A stretch of DNA of 17,605 nt from Trueperaceae bacterium (GTDB lineage Bacteria; Deinococcota; Deinococci; Deinococcales; Trueperaceae): assembly GCA_035703635.1 (NCBI GenBank), contig DASSXV010000045.1, positions 1 through 17,605 on the forward strand, in the 5' to 3' direction. Shown one piece after another: positions 1 to 7,957 of this stretch. The notes below the pieces were generated by a model. That model searched no databases and was not told the DNA's origin. It was given only the letters and a program-made list of their open reading frames with translations. Each line of letters opens with the position of its first letter. Position 1 is the stretch's first letter. The translations under genes and the position numbers were made by a program.

Positions 1-106
1 GCTCGTCGTCGAACGGCCATGACGTCCAGGTGGCGGCGTGGGGTGCCCACTCGGGGGGCATGCGGTAGCCAAGCGAGGCTGGGGTGGGGTACGAAGTCGT
101 AGCCAT
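1..106 (-). CDS. aguA: Agmatine deiminase family protein, 5' portion (runs off the left edge; not in the ORF track)
   Basis: Manual translation from ATG at 106 gives MATTSYPTPASLGYRMPPEWAPHAATWTSWPFDDE, matching the AguA N-terminal pattern TP..GxRMPxEWxPHxATWxxWP. AGGAG lies just upstream (very short spacing). Divergent from speA. Confidence 0.88.
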   Translation of the reverse strand, partial: MATTSYPTPASLGYRMPPEWAPHAATWTSWPFDDE

Positions 107-273
107 GCTCCTGCCAGTTTAGGCCGGAGAGGAGGGCGCGGCGGTTCGTGTGAGGCTGCCTTGCCACGCGCTGGTGCGCTTGAGGGCTTCGACGCTCGTT
201 ATCCGCCGCGATGATGCCGGCACGGTGCTGTCGGGACTACGGCCGCGTCAAGACGAAATTCCGCACGTGGAAG

Positions 274-282
274 TGCTAGCGT
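274..282 (+). promoter_or_regulatory. Candidate extended -10 element (TGcTAGCGT) for speA
   Basis: TGn-TAnnnT pattern; would put the start of transcription near 288, where the structured leader begins. Confidence 0.4.
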
Positions 283-287
283 AGTCC

Positions 288-413
288 GTTCGGCGAGGTA
301 CGCGCTCCAAGAGACGGCGCTCGCGTTCCCACCGAACCCCAAGCCGTGCCCGTCCGTCGGCCGCGCGGCCCGAAGTAGCACGGCGGAGCGCCTCGCCAAG
401 TGGAGGACCAGAA
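288..413 (+). ncRNA. Candidate structured cis-regulatory 5' leader of speA (riboswitch-like, two alternative folds)
   Basis: Complementary segments: 288-293/332-337, 300-304/322-326, 343-349/378-384, and alternatively 292-298/391-397 plus 303-308/385-390. CCTC (391-394) is complementary to the SD GAGG (403-406). Confidence 0.5.
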
Positions 414-2327
414 GTGACCAGACCCACCCTCGACCCAGGTTTCAGCATCTCAGACGCCGATGAGCTTTACAGCATCAAGGCGTGGTCGGCCGGGTTCTTC
501 GGGGTGTCTAAAGAGGGTCAGCTCACGGTGTCGCTCAAGGGTTCGCCTGCGGTTGCCCTCACGAGCATCGTCGACGGGCTTCTTGACGAGGGGCACGCGC
601 TTCCTCTGATCCTGCGTTTCCCTGACATCCTGGAGGACAGGCTCGACCGCATCAACGACGCCTTCGCTGCGGCGATAAGAGAGGCGGGCTACCAGAACCG
701 CTACCAGGGCGTGTACCCCATCAAGGTCAACCAGCGGCGCGTGGTCGTCGAGACCATCGCGTCTTACGGCGCCAAGTACCGCACGGGTCTCGAGGCTGGC
801 AGCAAGGCAGAGTTGGCCCTGTGCCTCGCGCACGACACGCACGATGACGCCCTCATCTGCTGCAACGGCTTCAAGGACGACGACTTCATTCGCTTGGCGT
901 TGTGGGGCCGCAAGCTGGGCCGCAACACCATCATCACGCTGGAGAAGGCAGGCGAACTCGAGCGGGTGCTGCGCATCAGCAAGGAAGTGGGCGTGGAGCC
1001 GCTGCTCGGCGTGCGCTTCAAGCTTCACGCGCGGGGCAGCGGGCAGTGGGAGGCCTCGGGCGGCGACGACGCCAAGTTCGGCCTCACCGCCTCTGAACTC
1101 ATCCACGTCGCGCAGCGGGTGCAGGAAGAGGGCCTGGGCCACGCGCTCGTGCTGCTGCACTGCCATGTTGGCAGCCAGCTGACCGACATCAGGCGCATTA
1201 GGTCCGCGGTCCGCGAAGCGGCGCAGGCGTACGTCGAGTTGGCCGAGATGGGCGTCGGTGTCAAGTACCTCGACGTTGGTGGCGGCCTCGCGGTCGATTA
1301 CGACGGTTCGAAGACGACCTACTACACCTCCGCCAACTACGGCCTGCGCGAGTACGCAGACACGGTCGTGTACACCATCATGGAGTCGTGCCAGGAGTGG
1401 GAGGTCGCGCACCCGATCATCGTCACCGAGTCGGGGCGTGCGTTGACTGCGCACCACTCCGTGATCGTCGTGCCCGTCGTGGACGCGCTCGGGCCAACGC
1501 GCGAGCCCGTCAACCTGCCGCCCCTCACCGGCGAGGTCAACGCGCTGCTGCGTGACATGCAGGAACTCGACAGCGCCATTACCGTCAAGACCTACCGCGA
1601 GGTCTTCAACGAGGCCGTGAGCAACAAGGAGACCATGCACAGCCTCTTCGATCTGGGCTACCTGAGCCTCCTCGAGAGGGCGCACTTCGAGCAGCACTAC
1701 AACCGCATCCTCGAGCGCGTAGCCAAGGTCGTCAGCGGCCTCGATTACGCGCCTGAGGAGTTCGAACTCCTCCCCCAGATGCTGGCCGACAAGTACGTCG
1801 TCAACTTCTCGCTGTTCCAGAGCCTGCCCGACCACTGGGCCATCAAGACGCTCTTCCCGATCGTGCCGTTGCAGCGCCTCGCCGAGCGGCCGACGCGCAA
1901 CGCTACGCTCGTAGACATAACGTGCGACTCGGACGGCAAGATCGAGAGGTTCATCGACTTGCGCGACGTGCGCTCCACGCTGCCGGTGCACGATCTGCGG
2001 CAGGGTGAGCCGTACTACCTCGGTGTCTTCCTAACCGGCGCCTATCAGGACGTGCTGGCGAACGCCCACAACCTCTTCGGGCGCGTCAACGAGGCACACG
2101 TGCGTCTCGGTTCAGACGGCGCCGAACTCGAGCTTTACATCGAGGGGCAGAAGGCAAGGCGCGTGATCCACAACATGGGTTACGAGACGCCGGAACTTCA
2201 CGCGGCGGTGCAGCGCCAAGCTGAGGAGTTGAGGGCAGCGGGGGCCATCTCGGCAGAGGAAGTCAAGGAGTTCCTCGAGATGTACGACCGCGAGCTCGTC
2301 GGCTACACATACCTAGAAGCCTTGTGA
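414..2327 (+). CDS. speA: Biosynthetic arginine decarboxylase
   Basis: 637 aa; YPIKVNQ (PLP lysine), GLEAGSKAEL, KFGL, HCHVGSQ, DVGGGL, TESGRA, DITCDSDG, GAYQ..HNLFG; SD GGAGG at 402-406. Confidence 0.97.
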   Translation: MTRPTLDPGFSISDADELYSIKAWSAGFFGVSKEGQLTVSLKGSPAVALTSIVDGLLDEGHALPLILRFPDILEDRLDRINDAFAAAIREAGYQNRYQGVYPIKVNQRRVVVETIASYGAKYRTGLEAGSKAELALCLAHDTHDDALICCNGFKDDDFIRLALWGRKLGRNTIITLEKAGELERVLRISKEVGVEPLLGVRFKLHARGSGQWEASGGDDAKFGLTASELIHVAQRVQEEGLGHALVLLHCHVGSQLTDIRRIRSAVREAAQAYVELAEMGVGVKYLDVGGGLAVDYDGSKTTYYTSANYGLREYADTVVYTIMESCQEWEVAHPIIVTESGRALTAHHSVIVVPVVDALGPTREPVNLPPLTGEVNALLRDMQELDSAITVKTYREVFNEAVSNKETMHSLFDLGYLSLLERAHFEQHYNRILERVAKVVSGLDYAPEEFELLPQMLADKYVVNFSLFQSLPDHWAIKTLFPIVPLQRLAERPTRNATLVDITCDSDGKIERFIDLRDVRSTLPVHDLRQGEPYYLGVFLTGAYQDVLANAHNLFGRVNEAHVRLGSDGAELELYIEGQKARRVIHNMGYETPELHAAVQRQAEELRAAGAISAEEVKEFLEMYDRELVGYTYLEAL

Positions 2328-2809
2328 GCGCGTTTCCCGAGCCCGAACACCGGCTGCCTGACGGGCGCCGCGCCTTGGCCGGAGCAGTGCTACTCCACCC
2401 CGACGGGCGCGTCCTCCTGCAACTGCGGGACGATAAACCGGGAATAGATGCCCCTGACCAGTGGTCGCTGTTCGGCGGTGGCATGGACGCAGGCGAGTCG
2501 CCGGAGGCGGGCATGCTGCGCGAGGTGGCTGAAGAGATCGGCTTCACGGTGCGCCACTACCGTCCCCTGCTCGTGTTCGACGGCTGGCGCGGACGCTTCC
2601 ACATCTACCTCGCGGCCATCGATGAGCCGCTAGAGCGCCTGACGCTTACGGAGGGCGCCGGGTTCGACTACTGGCGGGTGCCTGACATCTTGGCTGAGAC
2701 GCGGGTGTCAGACTTACTGCGATTGAGCCTCACGGCGTTGGAGGCGTTGCAGCGGCAACGCGCCGCGGCTAACCCTGGCGCCGAACTAATACCGGGCGCG
2801 GGCTACTAG
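2324..2809 (+). CDS. NUDIX hydrolase
   Basis: Complete Nudix box G-GMDAG-E-SPEAGML-REVAEEIGF; LLQLRDDKPGI..P.QW.LFGG subfamily pattern; GTGA overlap with the speA stop. Confidence 0.9.
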   Translation: MSAFPEPEHRLPDGRRALAGAVLLHPDGRVLLQLRDDKPGIDAPDQWSLFGGGMDAGESPEAGMLREVAEEIGFTVRHYRPLLVFDGWRGRFHIYLAAIDEPLERLTLTEGAGFDYWRVPDILAETRVSDLLRLSLTALEALQRQRAAANPGAELIPGAGY

Positions 2810-2827
2810 CACGCGGCGTCCGCCCGC

Positions 2828-2857
2828 GAGGTCCTAGAAGTAGAGGTCCTAGAAGTA
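2828..2857. repeat. Perfect 15-bp tandem duplication (GAGGTCCTAGAAGTA x2) spanning the stop codon of the RNase Z-like gene
   Basis: Copies read directly at 2828-2842 and 2843-2857. Confidence 0.9.
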
Positions 2858-3601
2858 GTAGACGGCCCCGTCGCGCCCGAGTTCCGTGGCGGGGAACAGC
2901 TCGCGGGCGCTTGCGAGCGTTGCCTCGCCGTCGTCCGCCATCGGCGGCAAGTGAACCAGCACGAGGCGCTCGACTCGCGCCGCCGCTGCTACCTTGGCGG
3001 CGTCCGCGGCGCTGGAGTGGCCGGGGTGAGCTCCGCTCGCCTCGTGCAGCAGCAGGTCCGAGCCAAGGGCAGCCTCGACCACTCGCTCGGAGCGCGCGGA
3101 GTCCGCCGAGTAGGTGAGCACCCCGTCGCTGCCGAGGTCCGTCACCCTGATGCCGCATGACGGCACCGAGTGGTCGCCAGGGACTGCCGTGATCGAGAAG
3201 TCGGGCGTGGTCACGACCTTGGCTCCTGAGACGAGCGGCACTGAGTGGTAAACGATGTTCGGGTAGCCGGGCCAGGTCGAGGTGTCGAAGGCGTCGTGAA
3301 CCCTGCGAGCCTGGTCCAACGCCGGCTGAATGCCGTAGACGTGAAAGTCGCCCTTGTGGCCCGCCAGCCACAGGCGCTCCATCAGAAGTGCGAAGCCGCC
3401 GACGTGGTCCGCGTGCTCGTGCGTGACGATCAACCCGGTGACCTTCGTGAGGTCGAGGTCCTGCGCCAGCAGCCTTTGCGCGGCGTCGCCGCCGCAGTCG
3501 ACTATTAGCAGCGTGGCGTCGCCCTCGAGGGCAAGCATGGTCGTCGTCCTCTCCTTGCCGGATAGGGCCGCGCCCGTGCCGAGTAGATGTACTCTGCCCA
3601 C
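2849..3601 (-). CDS. Metallo-beta-lactamase-fold hydrolase, RNase Z/ElaC-like (short form)
   Basis: LLGTG N-terminus, VDCG, THEHADH (HxHxDH), DHSVP, YSADS, LHEAS, GHSS, LVHL; SD AGGAGG and a TATAGT -10-like hexamer upstream (3620-3625, minus strand). Confidence 0.85.
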   Translation of the reverse strand: MGRVHLLGTGAALSGKERTTTMLALEGDATLLIVDCGGDAAQRLLAQDLDLTKVTGLIVTHEHADHVGGFALLMERLWLAGHKGDFHVYGIQPALDQARRVHDAFDTSTWPGYPNIVYHSVPLVSGAKVVTTPDFSITAVPGDHSVPSCGIRVTDLGSDGVLTYSADSARSERVVEAALGSDLLLHEASGAHPGHSSAADAAKVAAAARVERLVLVHLPPMADDGEATLASARELFPATELGRDGAVYYF

Positions 3602-3702
3602 CTGGACCTCCTGGTCGCGACTATACGGCTGCCACGCAGTTAGCGTGCGGCGAGCGGCACAACCGGAAACACAACGCGCGCGTTAGTCATGCCGCGCCCC
3701 GA

Positions 3703-4158
3703 TCATCGTTCTCGCTCGTCCGCGGCGGCTTGTGCGGCCGCGAAGCGTTCCCGCAGCCGCGCGAAGCCGCGCTCGAGCACACTGGTTGGCACGACTACCT
3801 GGACGGTGGTGCCCTCCCCGACGACGTCGCCTAGCTCGTTGACGGCGACGCAGGTGGCGTGAACCCGGTTGCCTGTCACGTGCTCGCAGCGCGCCGTTAG
3901 CGTCACGCGCATGCCTGGCAGGGCGGACGCCAAGTGGCGCACGCTGACGGCGTGGCCGATGCCGTCCTCACCCTCCTCGAGGAACGGCAGGATGAGCTTG
4001 CGGCTCGTCAACTCCATGTGCTTGACCAGCCAGTAGGTGGCGTAAACCGCGTGGAGCTGCCCGAGGCGCGCGTCCGTGCGGTCCTCGAAATCGACGGTCA
4101 TGGCGGGGGTCACGAGGATCTCGTGGCTAGCCTCGAAGCCTGGCGGTAGCGGCCGCAT
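3703..4158 (-). CDS. Hotdog-fold thioesterase, fluoroacetyl-CoA thioesterase (FlK)-like
   Basis: VYATYWLVKHME...GIGHAVSVRHLAS retains the Thr/Glu/His triad pattern; starts 1 nt after the paaH-like stop. Confidence 0.82.
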   Translation of the reverse strand: MRPLPPGFEASHEILVTPAMTVDFEDRTDARLGQLHAVYATYWLVKHMELTSRKLILPFLEEGEDGIGHAVSVRHLASALPGMRVTLTARCEHVTGNRVHATCVAVNELGDVVGEGTTVQVVVPTSVLERGFARLRERFAAAQAAADERER

Positions 4159-4159
4159 G

Positions 4160-5689
4160 TCAGCCGCCCAGCGGGCTTGTGCCGTGGGTCACATGCCGCC
4201 GCAGGAGCGAGCTAGGTGCGTAGCGCTCCATCCCGAACTCACGCTGCAGGGCGCTGAGCCCAGCCATCACGTCTGCCAAGCCCAACTCGACCGCCCACGC
4301 TAGCGGTCCTTCCGGGTAGTTCACGCCCAGGCGCATGGCGAGGTCGAGCGTGGCGGCGTCGGCCAGGCCTTCCGCTAGGGCGATGAACGCCTCATTGATG
4401 AGCCCAGCGACCAGCCGGAACGCCACCCCGCCAGGCTGATCCGGCACCACTAGCGTGACGAGTCCGGCGGCGTTGAGCAACCCACGTACCCGCTCGCCAG
4501 TTGGCCCGGTGGGCGCGAGGAGCTCGACGGTCGTACTCTCGGCAGCTAGGCGTGCGGGCGGCGGCACGACGCTGAAACCTACGCCCTCCGCCGGCGCCGT
4601 CCTTGCCCAGCACAGGGTGAGGTCGGGCGTGCGCTCAGCGGTGGTCGAGTCCGCTGCAACGCGAGCGTCGATCACTAGGTCAGCTGCGGCAGAGGGCGGC
4701 ACGGCGAGGAAGCGCGTGCGTAGCCACGCGGCAACCGGCCCGGAGCCGAGCACGTGCGCGCTCGGGAGCCTGGCGGCGGGCGCCGTCAGGGCCGCCGCGC
4801 CCGGCTCCGACCTCGCGGGCGCAACGGGTTCTCCGGCCTCGTAGCGGTAGAACCCCCACCCCGTCTTGCGCCCGAGCCTGCCTGCCGTCACCAGCGCGCG
4901 CTGCATTGGGTGCGGGCGGTAGCGCGGCTCCTGATAGAACCCTTCGTAAACGCTGGTGCTGGCGGCCAAGTTCACGTCGAGCCCGATGAGGTCAAGGAGC
5001 TCGAATGGCCCCATGCGGAAGCCCGTTGCTCGCATGGCCGCGTCGACGGTGGCGACGTCTGCGCCCTCCGCGGCCAACCGGATGGCCTCGAGGTAGAAAG
5101 GCCGCGCGAGGCGGTTGACGATGAAACCCGGCCGGTCCTGCGCCACGACCGGGCTGCGCCCGAGGCTGCGCGCCATGGCGACCGCCGCCGCCGTCAGCTC
5201 CGGCGGCGTATGCGCGCCAGGCACGATTTCGACGAGCTGCATGAGCGGGGCTGGGTTGAAGAAGTGCACGCCGACGACGCGCTCGGGCCGCTTGCATGCC
5301 GCGGCCACGGCGGTCACGGAGAGAGTCGACGTGTTCGTAGCGAGGTAAGCGCTTGGCGCGCGCCGCTCCACCTCGGCGAACAGGGCGCGCTTGATGGCGA
5401 GGTCCTCTGGGGCCGCCTCGAACACCCACTCCGCACGGTTGCCGTGCGGCAACTCCTCGGCAACCGCTAGCCACTCCAGGAGTCGCTCTGGGCGCTCCTC
5501 AAGCCGGCCCTTCGCGTGGAGCTTGGAGAACGTCTCTTCGAGGCTCGCCTTAGCCGCGGTGGCCGCGCCAGGCAGAGGGTCGACAAGCAACACCGGTGCC
5601 CCGGCCTGCAAGAGTAGCTGCACGATGCCGCGGCCCATCGTGCCGCCGCCAAGGACGACCGCACCACCTGCGCTCCAACGCCCGCTCAT
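4160..5689 (-). CDS. paaH: 3-hydroxyacyl-CoA dehydrogenase, PaaH (3-hydroxyadipyl-CoA dehydrogenase)-like, long form
   Basis: GGGTMGRGI (NAD-binding), EAAPEDLAIK, ATNTSTLS, GVHFFNPAPLMQLVE, PGFIVNR, MGPFELLDLIGLDVN, GRLGRKTG, second C-terminal domain LGVNYPEGP; 509 aa. Confidence 0.85.
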   Translation of the reverse strand: MSGRWSAGGAVVLGGGTMGRGIVQLLLQAGAPVLLVDPLPGAATAAKASLEETFSKLHAKGRLEERPERLLEWLAVAEELPHGNRAEWVFEAAPEDLAIKRALFAEVERRAPSAYLATNTSTLSVTAVAAACKRPERVVGVHFFNPAPLMQLVEIVPGAHTPPELTAAAVAMARSLGRSPVVAQDRPGFIVNRLARPFYLEAIRLAAEGADVATVDAAMRATGFRMGPFELLDLIGLDVNLAASTSVYEGFYQEPRYRPHPMQRALVTAGRLGRKTGWGFYRYEAGEPVAPARSEPGAAALTAPAARLPSAHVLGSGPVAAWLRTRFLAVPPSAAADLVIDARVAADSTTAERTPDLTLCWARTAPAEGVGFSVVPPPARLAAESTTVELLAPTGPTGERVRGLLNAAGLVTLVVPDQPGGVAFRLVAGLINEAFIALAEGLADAATLDLAMRLGVNYPEGPLAWAVELGLADVMAGLSALQREFGMERYAPSSLLRRHVTHGTSPLGG

Positions 5690-5733
5690 GTGATGCGACT
5701 ATAGCCCCTGCAGTTCGCGGCGCTGCGCGCGGC

Positions 5734-7245
5734 CTATTCGTGCGCCACGTAGCGCGTGGCCAGCCACAGGCGGGCTAGGTTCTTCGGGCTCGAGAGTGGC
5801 GCGCCGACTAGCTCCTCGATGCGCTTCAGGCGGTAACGCAGCGTGTTCACGTGCAAGCCGAGCTGTGCGGCGAGGGCGTTCAAGTCGTTCGGGGCGGCGA
5901 GGTAGGCGGTGAGGGTGGCGAGGAGCTTGCCGTGGTGATCAGCTTCGAGCAGCGGGGCGAGGATGCGCCGTTGCAGTGGCCCGAGCCCGGGTTGTTGCCG
6001 TGAGAGCAGCACGTCGATCGGGTCAACGTCGTCGAACGAGAAGAGGCCGCCACCTGGCGGCGCACCCTCCAGGGCGAGGCGCGCCTGCTCGTTGGCCTCT
6101 GCCACCTCCGCGAGGGTCGAGTGGACCTGGCTCAGGCCGATGCGCGCGCTGCCTGCCGTTCCTAGCGCGGCGTCGGCGGCTTCGATCAGCGCCTCGGCCT
6201 GTTCGTGGCTTGGTTGGCCGCCTGGGACACTGAAGGCGAACGTTGCCGTGGCGCCTTCGCTGCCTGCCAGCACGGCGACGCCGCGCTGCTGGAAGTAGTC
6301 CTCTCCCGCCTCGCGTATCAGCGCGGCGGCGCGGTGGCTGGCGCCGCCGTCAGCTATGGCCACCTGATACGGCGTGCCAGCGCTGAACCCGGCGGCTGCG
6401 AGGCGCGGCGCTAGCGCGGTGATGCTCGGCGCTGCCAGCCACGCTGTTAGGAGGACCTCGCCCGCCGCCGCGACTGCTCTCACTTCCGACGCGGTAACCG
6501 CCGCCGCGGCGGTTAGGAAGCTGCGCGTGAGTTCCAGCCACGGGCGCGCCGCATCCGGCGCCTCGAACGCGAGCAGTACGCCCTGGAGCCTGCCAGCAAC
6601 CTCGACGCGGTAGAGGTGGGCTGGGCGCCCCCCGAGGCGCACCGCGCCCTCCTGCCAAGTCGTAACGGGCGCCGCGCTGGCCTTGGGCGTTTGCGGCCGC
6701 CATGCGCCCGTCCCCGCGCGCGCCAGGACCTCACCCCATGGGCTGACGAGCACCAGGTCAAGGCCGGTGAGGCGGTTGAGGCGGTCGAGGAGGTCGCGCT
6801 CGGGCTTGGCCGCCGCCATGCCAGCAAGCAAGTAGGACTGCGGCGCGGCCAGCGCGGGCCCAACGCCCGCCGTTAGCGCGACGAGCCCGCGCAACGCCGC
6901 TACCTCGACGATTCCAGGCGCCACGTCGGGCGGGGCCGTGACGAGCGCGGCGCCGGCTGCCGCGACCCTGCTGGCCAGTTGCCCTGGGAGAGTGCGGCTT
7001 GTTGGGGTGAGGGCGTAGACGATGACGGCCGGCGCGGCGCGTAGCAAGTTGTCGTGCGAGGCCGCGCCGGCCGCTTCGTCTGCTAGCGCGATCCTGAGGT
7101 CGCCTGGCGCCAACCACGCCCTGTCTGGCAGGCGCTCTGCCCACCTAACGGAGCGGTAGCGGGCGTCCGCCGGTCCGGCCACCAGGGTGAGACCGAGTTC
7201 CGCCTGCGCGAGCAGCTCGGATAGCGGCGACCCCGTGGGAAACAC
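5734..7245 (-). CDS. PucR/CdaR-family transcriptional regulator
   Basis: C-terminal HTH LLATLTAYL...AAQLGLHVNTLRYRLKRIEEL; N-terminal PucR-like region. Start moved from 7305 to GTG 7245, 6 nt downstream of TACAAT (leaderless geometry). Confidence 0.88.
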   Translation of the reverse strand: MFPTGSPLSELLAQAELGLTLVAGPADARYRSVRWAERLPDRAWLAPGDLRIALADEAAGAASHDNLLRAAPAVIVYALTPTSRTLPGQLASRVAAAGAALVTAPPDVAPGIVEVAALRGLVALTAGVGPALAAPQSYLLAGMAAAKPERDLLDRLNRLTGLDLVLVSPWGEVLARAGTGAWRPQTPKASAAPVTTWQEGAVRLGGRPAHLYRVEVAGRLQGVLLAFEAPDAARPWLELTRSFLTAAAAVTASEVRAVAAAGEVLLTAWLAAPSITALAPRLAAAGFSAGTPYQVAIADGGASHRAAALIREAGEDYFQQRGVAVLAGSEGATATFAFSVPGGQPSHEQAEALIEAADAALGTAGSARIGLSQVHSTLAEVAEANEQARLALEGAPPGGGLFSFDDVDPIDVLLSRQQPGLGPLQRRILAPLLEADHHGKLLATLTAYLAAPNDLNALAAQLGLHVNTLRYRLKRIEELVGAPLSSPKNLARLWLATRYVAHE

Positions 7246-7252
7246 GCCGTTA

Positions 7253-7298
7253 TTGTAGCGGCCTACAAGTGCAGCCGTGAGATTGTGCGAACCTACGA
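7253..7298. promoter_or_regulatory. Two candidate operator sites for the PucR-family regulator
   Basis: Perfect inverted repeat TTGTAG-cggc-CTACAA (7253-7268) and a degenerate copy TTGTgc-gaac-CTACgA (7283-7298), 30 bp apart; the first overlaps the regulator's own TACAAT. Confidence 0.65.
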
Positions 7299-7335
7299 TT
7301 CCCAAGACTTCCGTGGCTAGTTACGCTAGGCGGCA

Positions 7336-7881
7336 GTGAACGCGACTACCTCCCACATCGACCACCGCACCTACCGTGACGCCCTCGGTCGCTTCGCCAC
7401 CGGCATCACGGTCGTGACGACAAGCGTCCCGCGCCAACCCGACGCGCCGATGACCGAACTCGACCCGCTCTTCCACGACCGCGAGACCCTCGGGATCACC
7501 GTCAGCTCCTTCATGGCCGTATCGTTGGACCCGCCCCTGGTGGTCGTGTCCATCGACAAGCACGCCAAGGCGCACGCCACGCTGCAAACGGCCGAACGGT
7601 TCGGGATCAGCGTCCTCGCGGAGGAACAGGGGTACCTCTCCGACCTCTTCGCTGGCAGACCGGTGGCCCGTCCAGGCCAACCGTTCGAGGAGCTAGCTGG
7701 CTTCCCCGTCGTGAAGGGCGCCCTCACCCAGCTGGTCGTGAGCCGCCACAGCGCCTTCGAGGCCGGCGACCATACCCTCTACTTCGGCAAGGTCGAGGCC
7801 GTCAGGCAGCAGGACGGCGAACCGCTCCTCTACTTCCGTAGCGCCTACCACCGCCTGCCTGCGCCCGTCCAACCCCGCTAG
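7336..7881 (+). CDS. Flavin reductase, HpaC/DIM6-NTAB family (reductase partner of a two-component monooxygenase)
   Basis: [63 protein letters not shown] 8 nt upstream. Confidence 0.92.
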   Translation: MNATTSHIDHRTYRDALGRFATGITVVTTSVPRQPDAPMTELDPLFHDRETLGITVSSFMAVSLDPPLVVVSIDKHAKAHATLQTAERFGISVLAEEQGYLSDLFAGRPVARPGQPFEELAGFPVVKGALTQLVVSRHSAFEAGDHTLYFGKVEAVRQQDGEPLLYFRSAYHRLPAPVQPR

Positions 7882-7957
7882 CAGGCGCGGGCGACCCGCG
7901 GCGCCGTTTGGTAGCTTTGACGCTGGTGTAAGACCATCAGAGAAGGCGGTAACCAAC

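Noticed and set aside
346-378. Possible GTG-started leader peptide (VPVRRPRGPK) upstream of speA
   Set aside because: No SD, not at the predicted TSS, and buried in a stem; no resemblance to SpeFL that I can support.
199-448. Two 66-aa minus-strand ORFs in the aguA-speA gap
   Set aside because: No motifs or ribosome-binding sites; the region is better explained as promoter plus structured leader.
450-1991. 513-aa antisense ORF inside speA, and similar long shadow ORFs (4754-5470, 7693-8217, 9527-10117, 10837-11589, 15997-16572)
   Set aside because: They lie opposite well-supported genes and show no recognisable motifs; long antisense frames are expected from GC-rich codon bias.
2324-3601. 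NUDIX plus MBL hydrolase (or NucS) as an anti-phage defence system
   Set aside because: The genes are convergent housekeeping-type families with no island, mobility or defence-associated partners.
7884-7910. Small GC hairpin (CGCGGG-cga-CCCGCG) between the flavin reductase and M20 genes as a terminator
   Set aside because: Short stem, 3-nt loop and weak U-tract; it cannot be told apart from chance or an mRNA-stabilising hairpin, though partial termination is not excluded.
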